Of a stretch of 64,000 bases of DNA, positions 56,785 through 64,000 are shown piece after piece. The DNA comes from Euryarchaeota archaeon UBA463 (GTDB lineage Archaea; Thermoplasmatota; Poseidoniia; Poseidoniales; Thalassarchaeaceae). The notes beneath the pieces are model-generated. The model was not told the origin of the DNA. It saw nothing but the letters and a program-made list of their open reading frames with translations, and did no database searches. The stretch lies in NCBI GenBank assembly GCA_002501805.1, contig DAOI01000011.1, forward strand, positions 7,641-71,640, read 5' to 3'. The number at the start of each line of letters is the position of its first letter. Within the stretch, counting starts at the first letter, position 1. The translations under genes and the position numbers were made by a program.

Positions 56785-57657
56785 TTGGAGCTCGACGAGA
56801 TAACAGAAGTTTTCGCTCCCGCGAAGCAATCTCTAGAGTCAGGATTAGACGAGAAGCGTGAGTTACGCGACGAGTTGAATGCCAAAGTTAGAGTTTACTT
56901 GGATACAAGGAACGAAGTAAATAGGCAGGTCAAAGATCTCATTTCCGAAGTAAGGTCACAAAAAGAGATTCGCGATGAAGCCAATACCAGAGTCAAGGAT
57001 CTCAAGCTCGAAAGAGCTGTTAAGTCTGATGAGTTGAAATCAATCAGAACCGAGTTAAGGGAGATATTGTCTAGATTGGAAGATAGCGGAGAGAAGGCTA
57101 AGAGAAATTCTGGACCTTCCCCTGCTAAAATTCGGGCGAAGATGGATGCCCTTGAGAGGAAATACGAAAGAGGGGGCTTCACAGGTGCTAGTGAGAAGGG
57201 TTTCTTCAGAGAAATGAAGAAGCTAAGTCAAGATTTGAAGGAAGCTAAAGAATCGAATAAAGATGGAGGAAGGCTGAGTGATCTGAAGTCCAGTGTACGT
57301 AGCGCTGAAAGGGCCCAAGAAGAAGCCCATAACAGAGTTGAGAAGGCAGTATTGTTAGCACAGGAGGCTCATGACTTGATGGTGGAATTGTCAGAAGAGG
57401 TTGACAGGTTGCGTGATCAGGCTAATTCCGCTCATTCCGGATTGACTAAATCTAAGAAGGAGGCTGACTCCATACATAGCCTATATATCGTCTCTTTGAG
57501 GTGCATTCACTCTATTCAAGACCTGATTAATGCTATTGAGATGAGAACGGATGAGAATTCATCTGAAGGAAAGACTGAGGTCTCTGATCTCATGTCCAAG
57601 TTGATGTCAGGAGATACCCTCTCTACAGAAGAGCTTATGTCTCTGCAACGTAATTAG
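56785..57657 (+). CDS. long coiled-coil protein, paralog 4 (COG1340-like)
   Basis: 290 aa. LDEKRELRDELNAKVRVYLDTRNEVNRQVKDLISEVRSQKEIRDEANTRVKDLK, the motif LERKYERGGFTGASEKGFFREMKKL and C-terminal LMSGDTLSTEELMSLQ. TTG is the only start candidate after the in-frame stop at 56767. Confidence 0.6.
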   Translation: MELDEITEVFAPAKQSLESGLDEKRELRDELNAKVRVYLDTRNEVNRQVKDLISEVRSQKEIRDEANTRVKDLKLERAVKSDELKSIRTELREILSRLEDSGEKAKRNSGPSPAKIRAKMDALERKYERGGFTGASEKGFFREMKKLSQDLKEAKESNKDGGRLSDLKSSVRSAERAQEEAHNRVEKAVLLAQEAHDLMVELSEEVDRLRDQANSAHSGLTKSKKEADSIHSLYIVSLRCIHSIQDLINAIEMRTDENSSEGKTEVSDLMSKLMSGDTLSTEELMSLQRN

Positions 57658-58592
57658 GGTAATGGGTATGTCCTGCCATTTATGGCATGCAACAGGACAT
57701 CTTCTCTGCCCTCTAAATTCAGTATCCATGCGGGAAATACTGCACCAATAGTTCGGATTGTTATTGATTCCAAATCGACTCTCCACCATTCCAACAAGAT
57801 GCTCCTCACTGAGTTTTCTGTTTGTTCCGATTCACCCTGTCTTCTTGCATCTAAAAGTGAGGGTAGCTTTGATATTAGTTTTTCTCGTTTCATCCATCTT
57901 GCTTCGGGAGGCACTATGATCCTAAGGTTAGGGGTCGCAAAATTTTTGGCTTTATCTTCGAAAATTGATAGATTGGAAGACCATGGGTCTTCTATAATCA
58001 TCCAGGTATCTCTTTCTGAGTCTCCTTCGGGCGAAACAATTTCCCCCTTAACCTCCCATATCTTACCTTCCAGAAATACTGGAGATGTAAGGGCGTTTTC
58101 AAGATTTTTTTGTAGAAGCCATGAGTCTAGATTTATCAGTGCTTCTACAAGCCTTATTTCGCTCCTTTCATTTTCTGATGACGAGGTTTCGGAATTCATT
58201 TTGAGTCCGTGTTCATGAGGTAGAGAAACTTCTAAGTCTCCTGAAAGTATTGCTTCCCCAAACCAAACTGACATTTTACTAGGACCCCATGCGACCACTT
58301 GTGAGTCAGTAGGAAATATCGAGGAGGGGTCATCGGGAAGCTCCCTTTGACTGAGGAGCCAATGCCTACCGGGCGGTACATCTACGCACCACCTCTCAAG
58401 CTCAGCCCTACTGATGGGGAGTATATCGGACGGGATATGCCACACAGTAACGGGCGAACCTTTCACTACTCCAAATTCTGGCACTCTCTCTGCTACTCCG
58501 AGGAGTATGAAACCAGGGGTTGTTGTGCCTTGTGGCGACTCATGTAGGCGTACCCCTCTAACTGCTAGGAGTTGTCTGACTGCATCTTCCAC
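57654..58592 (-). CDS. hypothetical protein downstream of rpl30e (occupies the position usually held by nusA)
   Basis: 312-aa ORF on the same strand as, and 72 nt downstream of, rpl30e. I recognised no KH, S1 or other motif. Its stop overlaps the stop of the convergent coiled-coil gene. Confidence 0.55.
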   Translation of the reverse strand: MEDAVRQLLAVRGVRLHESPQGTTTPGFILLGVAERVPEFGVVKGSPVTVWHIPSDILPISRAELERWCVDVPPGRHWLLSQRELPDDPSSIFPTDSQVVAWGPSKMSVWFGEAILSGDLEVSLPHEHGLKMNSETSSSENERSEIRLVEALINLDSWLLQKNLENALTSPVFLEGKIWEVKGEIVSPEGDSERDTWMIIEDPWSSNLSIFEDKAKNFATPNLRIIVPPEARWMKREKLISKLPSLLDARRQGESEQTENSVRSILLEWWRVDLESITIRTIGAVFPAWILNLEGREDVLLHAINGRTYPLP

Positions 58593-58664
58593 GCTATACT
58601 GAAAGAGTTTACAGACTTGAAGCGTCCTATTGCACGACGGCAGGAGAGAGTTCTTTTCAGACTA

Positions 58665-58961
58665 TCAAAGGTTATGCTGGAGAGTTAGAAGATCACTCTG
58701 TCCTGGGTCTACTACGCATAGTGAGCTGACAGCGAAAGGCTTAGCACATGCAGATCCTAATTGTCTATTCACCATAAGGACCCTATGGACTGGTACTCCG
58801 GGATGAGTAGTAGATAAATCGGATAGGAAACTTTCCGGGCAGTTTGCTGCGACTAAAACTAGCCTAGCCTCCCCTTTAGAGCAGGCACCCATGGTTTCTC
58901 TCTGTCCGAAGATAATTTTTCCAGTACTCAACGCCTGTTTTAGGTTTCTTGTTAAATCCAT
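58665..58961 (-). CDS. rpl30e: ribosomal protein eL30 (L30e)
   Basis: MDLTRNLKQALSTGKIIFGQRETMGACSKGEARLVLVAANCP is the typical L30e N-terminus. The start is set at the ATG at 58961, 10 nt after the rpoA2 stop. Confidence 0.85.
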   Translation of the reverse strand: MDLTRNLKQALSTGKIIFGQRETMGACSKGEARLVLVAANCPESFLSDLSTTHPGVPVHRVLMVNRQLGSACAKPFAVSSLCVVDPGQSDLLTLQHNL

Positions 58962-58971
58962 TTTTTCACCT

Positions 58972-60543
58972 CTATGCCTCGTCTGGGATATAGAACAGAT
59001 CAACACTTCCCGTTCCCAGTGCTATTGGCTGTCCCACGACAATATTCTCAGTAACGCCCCTCAACTCGTCTCTCTCTCCGATGATTCCAGCCCTTAGTAG
59101 GTGAGAAACTGTAACCTCGAAGGCGGACCTAGCAAGAATGCTATGCTTCGTTCCGCTAACACCATGCCTTCCGATAGCCCTTACCTCACCAGTGCTGGTC
59201 ATGACATCTGATACTGTGATTAGATGTCTAACATCAACATCTAGTCCTGCTCCCTCCATGGTGTCTAGCATCTCATTAATTATGGCCTGTCTAGCGGCCT
59301 CTATTCCAAGATAGGACTGTATCTCATTGATGTTGTTAGTGTACGTTCTGGATCTATCGACACCTGCGAACTCACTGACCTTGGCAAGGTTTGATCCGAT
59401 TGTGGAGATGTAGTACTCATCGTTCTCTCCAGCTTGTACATTTGCCCTCACAACTCCTCTAATGCCTTTCAGTTGGAGTTTCTTTATCTTGTCCTCGAGC
59501 TGGAGGAGGTCGGTATAGGTTGGCGGATCTGTCGCCAGAGTCTCCAAATCCTCTTTCTTAGCAACACCCGGAATAATTTTCAGCTCCGATGGTTTATCGT
59601 CTTTGTCGGATTGAATGTAAAGTCTGAGTGCTCTGCTGAGCTTGTCTTTTACCTCTGCGCCATTCATGTTCTTAAGCCTCATATTGGACTTGTTAAGCTT
59701 CAGGCTTAGGTATCTCTGAGCAACTTCAACATCAATATTTGCTATGTCGCTAGTGGTAGTAGCCTCTAGTCCAGCCGCAATCTCTCTGACTAGCTTCTCA
59801 TTGGTCCTCAGTGGCTTTCCTTTGGAGTTCTTCTCATTAAGGTAAATCCTCATAGTAGGAGTGTTAGGTGTTTTCCTTGCATCTACAATCTCAATTATTC
59901 TAGGAAGACCCTGTGTTACGTTAACAGTAGCCACACCAGCGTAGTGGAAGGTCCTCATAGTCATCTGAGTACCGGGTTCTCCGATTGACTGCGCTGTGGT
60001 TATTCCAACGGCCTCGTGTGGATCGGCTCTTGAGGCTACTAATGATTCACTGGCAGAATTGATCACCTTCCTAGCCTTTGCAGGTGTTATTTTCTTCAAA
60101 CCTCTAGCCCTGATTCCCTCTGTTAAATCCATAATCATTCTAGGGGTAAGGCTGACGTTTGCATCCACGGAAGCAGATAATAGATGCTGGTAAATCTCGT
60201 CTTGATGGTCAACGTCTCTGAGTATCTGGGATAGCTTGTGATCATCGTCAAATCCTTCTAGAGGAAGCATAGACTTCCTTCTCCTTCTAGATGCTGCTGA
60301 CTTTCTCCTGACAACGGTTTTCTCGGTTGAAGCGGCCGCGCTTCTAGCAGATTTTGAGGATGCCGCCATTAGGTCACTAATTCTCTGAGCAGTACCTGAG
60401 TCGATACCACAAATCTGAGCTATTTGACCTGGTGTTAAAACTTTGACATCGTCCCACTTTCTGTCATCAGCAAGCTTGTGAGCATACTCCTCATCAATCT
60501 GTAAATCCATCAGTTTCTTTTTTGTTGCACTCTTAACGACCAT
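58972..60543 (-). CDS. rpoA2: DNA-directed RNA polymerase subunit A'' with N-terminal extension
   Basis: [22 protein letters not shown], the trigger-loop region, and C-terminal [20 protein letters not shown]. At 523 aa it is longer than usual, and its start overlaps the rpoA1 stop. Confidence 0.9.
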   Translation of the reverse strand: MVVKSATKKKLMDLQIDEEYAHKLADDRKWDDVKVLTPGQIAQICGIDSGTAQRISDLMAASSKSARSAAASTEKTVVRRKSAASRRRRKSMLPLEGFDDDHKLSQILRDVDHQDEIYQHLLSASVDANVSLTPRMIMDLTEGIRARGLKKITPAKARKVINSASESLVASRADPHEAVGITTAQSIGEPGTQMTMRTFHYAGVATVNVTQGLPRIIEIVDARKTPNTPTMRIYLNEKNSKGKPLRTNEKLVREIAAGLEATTTSDIANIDVEVAQRYLSLKLNKSNMRLKNMNGAEVKDKLSRALRLYIQSDKDDKPSELKIIPGVAKKEDLETLATDPPTYTDLLQLEDKIKKLQLKGIRGVVRANVQAGENDEYYISTIGSNLAKVSEFAGVDRSRTYTNNINEIQSYLGIEAARQAIINEMLDTMEGAGLDVDVRHLITVSDVMTSTGEVRAIGRHGVSGTKHSILARSAFEVTVSHLLRAGIIGERDELRGVTENIVVGQPIALGTGSVDLFYIPDEA

Positions 60544-63500
60544 CAGTTCTCACCTCCCAATGCGTCATCGAGTACCATTGTTACATCAAATGGATCCCCT
60601 CCACGGCTTCGAGCTGGATCAACGCCATCCTCTCCATACTCGAACTGAATAATTCTATTTGCAGTATTCCTGACGGAACCCATTCCATCGTCAACGACCT
60701 TCAAGTCATCCATTGCATTGATGAGCCTTCTCTGCATATATCCCGACTTAGCTGTCCTAACAGCTGTATCAACCAGTGATTCCCGGCCAGATACAGACAG
60801 CATGAAGAATTCTGTCGGCTCCAGTCCACGCTTGAATGAAGAGCCAACGAAACCCTTCTCCTGGGCTCCCTTGGAATTTCTTGCGAAGTGAGCCAATACC
60901 CTGTCCTGATATCCCCTTTCCAGACGCTTACCGCGAACCTTTGGTTGCCCTATGGAACCTGCCATCATAGCAAGGTTGTCCATGGACCCTCTGGCACCAG
61001 AGGTAGCCATCATTACAGCGGCGTTATCAGAACCAAGGAATGACTTGGCCACATTTCCTGATTCAGTCTTAGCTTCGTCAAGAATCATCAGAATATTCTC
61101 CTCTAGAGTTTCTAGTGGTGTTCTCCCAGGGCGTGTCTCATATCTCCTTCCATCTTTTCCGAATTTCTCTAACTCGGCATCGACAGCATCGCTTCCACGT
61201 TGATTAATCTTGGATATTTCTTCCTTAGCTTCTGGAGGCAAGTCCTCGTCATCTATCCCAGTGGTGAATCCTAGTGAAGTACATATGGAAATAGTCATTC
61301 TTGTCATTCTGTCCAAGAACTCAGCGCCGGCGTCTGGACCGTGGGTGTGAACAACGGCATCCAGAAGTCTGCCATCTTCAGCTCCGATCCCTCTCTTGTC
61401 GATCGTACCTGAGACGTTACCTTTAGTGACATTGACCTGATCTCCTATTCTACTAATGTAGTCAAGCTTGAATCCCTCTGGGACAATTAGGCTCAGAACA
61501 TCACTACCTCTGTATCCCACTACTCCGTCTTCCTCTATTTCGGGAGGAAGTTCTCCATCCCAATTTGTGTCTCCAAGAACTTGCATTACCAGATTCTTAG
61601 GCAGAATTCTATTACCGTGCGTAAGCAGGTATGCTCCTGAAATATGATCATGGATTCCACCGATAACGCTACCTCCGTATCTGGGTGTTATTATGTGCTC
61701 CTGAACTCTCATCAGAATCTTGGCTTCAGCTCTAGCTTCTTCACTCTGTATGACATGCAGATTCATTTCGTCACCGTCAAAATCAGCGTTGTAAGGCGTG
61801 CAGTCTGCTAAATTGAATCTGAATGTCTTTCCGGGCATTACTCTGATTTCATGCACCATCATGGACATCCTGTGAAGGGATGGTTGTCTGTTGAACAGTG
61901 CTACATCTCCGTCTATTAGGTGCCTCTCCACCACGACTCCTGGTCGTGGGTTTCCATCGAGATCATGTGTGCTGAGTCTATCTTCAATATCAGTTCCGAT
62001 TGCGTTTCCGTACTCGTCCTCAATTTCTGGACTACCACAATGTGGACAAGTGACTTCTAAGTGTTCTGGCAGGTATTCAGTAGGGTTTTCCATCTCCCAC
62101 TTCCACCTGTAATGGATTGCCGCCCTGGGATCGTTTTCAGGAAGAGGTAGGCCTCTCTCATCCTCGCCCTTGAGATTGGAAAGTGTCGAGTCTAGATCTA
62201 CTCCCCATTCTTCTTCTAGTTCTCCGAACGAGTTTCTCCTCTTTTGTTGTTTGAGAACAAGACCGGGAAGGAAGTTAGGAGCTGGAAGTACATCGTTTAG
62301 GTCTGGCCTGTAACCACTGTATGGTTCATCGTCACTACCTGAGTGACATTGGGGGTTAAGACACCTAAATCCAGCCCAGATATACTTGGTTCGATCCGTG
62401 ATTCTTACCCTAAACCTATCTCCTCTGATGATGTAGTTTACACCAGGATGAACATCGGGCCCTCTCAGAATCATTTGCCTGAGCTGTTCCCTGTTTCTAC
62501 TGGTTACCCTGATAGGCACGGTTAGTTCCTTAGCAGTTTGAACTGGTATTCCAACTTCATTAATTCCAAGGTTGGGGTCTGGACTGATTACAGTTCTAGC
62601 ACAGAAGTTCACTCTCTTTCCGGAAAGATTGCTTCTGAAGCGACCTTCCTTTCCCTTGAGTCTTTGAGCTAATGTTTTCAGAGGCCTTCCAGAACGGTGC
62701 CTTGCAGGTGGAATTCCGCTAGTCTGATTATCAAAGTAAGTAGTACAGTGATACTGGAGGAGTTCCCAGAGATCCTCGACAATTAGCTGGGGCGCCCCTG
62801 CGTCCCTATTCTCCCTGAGTCTCTGATTGATTCTCAAAACATCCACCAGTTTGTGTGTTAGGTCATCCTCTGATCTGTCTCCGCTATCAAGCGTGATAGA
62901 TGGCCTAACCGTAATTGGAGGAACAGGAAGTACCTTCATGATTGTCCATTCTGGCCTTGCAGCATCCTTGTCCATTCCGAGGAATATTAGGTGCTCATCA
63001 GGAATTCTCTCAAGCCACTCGCGGATGTCACGTGCGTTTAGCTTGTGCTCGCCCTTGTTTTCCTTCTTTTCTTTGAAAGTTGAAGGTTTGTCTAAAATAA
63101 TCTTACCCTGCTCAGCACCACAGTGCATACAGATAGTCCTCTTTTTGCTGGAACATTCCTTCTCAATATCCTTGATTGTATTCTTAAACTCACTAGAGCC
63201 GACACCGTGCTTTATGATGACATCCTTCACTTTGTCCTTGTAGTAGTCTTGTTCTGACTTTTCTGGGTCGACTGGATGAGTATCCGGCTTGTCATGGAGA
63301 AGTATCTTACTGCATGTATTACAAGTACATTTCAGAGAGGTCTTGATCAGATTGGTGAATCCTATGTGCATTACTGGCAATTCGAGAGCTATGTGGCCGA
63401 AGTGACTCGGGCACTCGTCATGCTTGTTACCACATGTCTCGCACCTTACTCCTGGATCTATTACACCCATTTTTGGGTCCATTAGGCCTTGCTTGAAGGG

Positions 63501-63635
63501 ATGTCCATCATCCTTGTAAGTATCCGCTGTCTTTACCTCGACAGAAGACATCTTTCGAATTTCGTTGGGGTCCATCAAGGTGAACTTGATAGCCTCAATT
63601 CTCTTAGGTATCTTAGCTGCATCTTTAGCACTCAT
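60543..63635 (-). CDS. rpoA1: DNA-directed RNA polymerase subunit A' with internal zinc-ribbon insertion
   Basis: N-terminal zinc site [30 protein letters not shown] and the catalytic [12 protein letters not shown]. At 1030 aa it is longer than usual. Confidence 0.95.
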   Translation of the reverse strand: MSAKDAAKIPKRIEAIKFTLMDPNEIRKMSSVEVKTADTYKDDGHPFKQGLMDPKMGVIDPGVRCETCGNKHDECPSHFGHIALELPVMHIGFTNLIKTSLKCTCNTCSKILLHDKPDTHPVDPEKSEQDYYKDKVKDVIIKHGVGSSEFKNTIKDIEKECSSKKRTICMHCGAEQGKIILDKPSTFKEKKENKGEHKLNARDIREWLERIPDEHLIFLGMDKDAARPEWTIMKVLPVPPITVRPSITLDSGDRSEDDLTHKLVDVLRINQRLRENRDAGAPQLIVEDLWELLQYHCTTYFDNQTSGIPPARHRSGRPLKTLAQRLKGKEGRFRSNLSGKRVNFCARTVISPDPNLGINEVGIPVQTAKELTVPIRVTSRNREQLRQMILRGPDVHPGVNYIIRGDRFRVRITDRTKYIWAGFRCLNPQCHSGSDDEPYSGYRPDLNDVLPAPNFLPGLVLKQQKRRNSFGELEEEWGVDLDSTLSNLKGEDERGLPLPENDPRAAIHYRWKWEMENPTEYLPEHLEVTCPHCGSPEIEDEYGNAIGTDIEDRLSTHDLDGNPRPGVVVERHLIDGDVALFNRQPSLHRMSMMVHEIRVMPGKTFRFNLADCTPYNADFDGDEMNLHVIQSEEARAEAKILMRVQEHIITPRYGGSVIGGIHDHISGAYLLTHGNRILPKNLVMQVLGDTNWDGELPPEIEEDGVVGYRGSDVLSLIVPEGFKLDYISRIGDQVNVTKGNVSGTIDKRGIGAEDGRLLDAVVHTHGPDAGAEFLDRMTRMTISICTSLGFTTGIDDEDLPPEAKEEISKINQRGSDAVDAELEKFGKDGRRYETRPGRTPLETLEENILMILDEAKTESGNVAKSFLGSDNAAVMMATSGARGSMDNLAMMAGSIGQPKVRGKRLERGYQDRVLAHFARNSKGAQEKGFVGSSFKRGLEPTEFFMLSVSGRESLVDTAVRTAKSGYMQRRLINAMDDLKVVDDGMGSVRNTANRIIQFEYGEDGVDPARSRGGDPFDVTMVLDDALGGEN

Positions 63636-64000
63636 CTTCTGTCCTCCAGTTCAAGTCTCATAGCTACTCCGAGACTCTTCATCTCGTCAAGAAGTAGCTT
63701 GAATGCATAGGATGTCTGGACTGAATGTACATCCGCTCTGTCCCCACAGGAAGGGCAGACAGTTGTCCTCCTCTTCCAGTCATAGTATGCTATATGTCCA
63801 CATCTCGGCGTATTACACACCATCAATGGCCATCCATCTGACTCGTCCAGTAGACGATCTTTGATGACCATCGAAGCTCCATGAGAAATTAGACAGTCTC
63901 TTTCCATCTCTCCGAATCTTAGACCACCTTGTCTGGCTCGCCCCTCGGTCGGTTGCCTGGTGAGGATCTGAACCCTTCCCCTGCTCCTCGCGTGTAACTT
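63632..64000 (-). CDS. rpoB: DNA-directed RNA polymerase subunit B (C-terminal part; the gene continues beyond the window)
   Basis: The frame is open to the window edge. It translates to [35 protein letters not shown]...CGHIAYYD...CPSCG, the conserved RpoB C-terminus and zinc ribbon. Its stop overlaps the rpoA1 start. Confidence 0.9.
   Translation of the reverse strand, partial: KLHARSRGRVQILTRQPTEGRARQGGLRFGEMERDCLISHGASMVIKDRLLDESDGWPLMVCNTPRCGHIAYYDWKRRTTVCPSCGDRADVHSVQTSYAFKLLLDEMKSLGVAMRLELEDRR

Noticed and set aside
58593-58664. Possible C/D-box sRNA or hairpin in the spacer after rpl30e (UGAUAG/CUGA-like strings; imperfect CUGAAAGAG / UCUUUUCAG inverted repeat)
   Set aside because: The box sequences are degenerate and wrongly spaced, with no guide-length gap between the C and D' boxes. 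The stem has a bulge. The evidence is insufficient.
1-64000. Search for CRISPR arrays, transposases or integrases, prophage genes, rRNA and inteins
   Set aside because: I saw no regularly spaced direct repeats and no DDE, tyrosine or serine recombinase motifs. There is no integrase next to tRNA-Pro and there are no intein splice motifs in rpoA1, rpoA2, topA or valS. The window looks like core chromosome.

Overview
This is a densely packed chromosomal segment from an archaeon, with about 65 genes. Intergenic spacers are very short and many stop and start codons overlap. The base composition looks AT-leaning, but I did not compute GC content.

Archaeal information-processing genes:
- The 3' end of rpoB, then rpoA1 (A'), rpoA2 (A'') and rpl30e, at the right edge of the window.
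- eS1/S3Ae, aCPSF1, proteasome beta, SepF, ZPR1 and tRNA-splicing endonuclease.
- An SRP (7S) RNA, tRNA-Pro(UGG), ValRS, TrpRS and geranylgeranyl reductase.

Bacterial-looking housekeeping and metabolic genes interleaved with them:
- Type IA topoisomerase, PntAA/AB/B transhydrogenase, class-2 dihydroorotate dehydrogenase and ThyA-FolA.
- MDH, PdxS, Fe/Mn SOD, 7Fe ferredoxin and a PlsC-like acyltransferase.
- A CxxxY-type CcmE, a MqnC/E-like radical SAM enzyme and FdhD-IscA-YgfZ.

Several proteins are exported or membrane-anchored: PKD-like, CARDB-like, an M6 metalloprotease and a Reeler-like protein. The gene mix and the acidic proteins suggest an uncultured marine Thermoplasmatota lineage (Marine Group II / Poseidoniales-like). 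That assignment is inference only.

I saw no CRISPR array, transposase, integrase, rRNA or prophage signature.

The best candidate for something undescribed lies at 49.7-57.7 kb. Four paralogous long coiled-coil proteins are arranged divergently around an operon. The operon encodes a CARDB-like surface protein with a cytoplasmic double zinc-ribbon tail, an embedded DtxR-family metal regulator and a polytopic membrane protein. A perfect 19-bp palindrome sits in the shared divergent promoter region.

Other notable points:
- A 25-nt Z-DNA-type alternating tract lies upstream of topA.
- RNAP A' carries a lineage-specific zinc-ribbon insertion and A'' carries an HhH plus basic N-terminal extension.
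- S3Ae has a SAP/Rho_N-like C-terminal tail.
- An uncharacterised gene sits where nusA normally follows rpl30e.
- The CxxxY ccmE is an orphan, with no other ccm genes in the window.
- A PlsC-like gene and an archaeal lipid reductase occur in the same window.

All functional calls come from motif recognition by eye, not from database searches.
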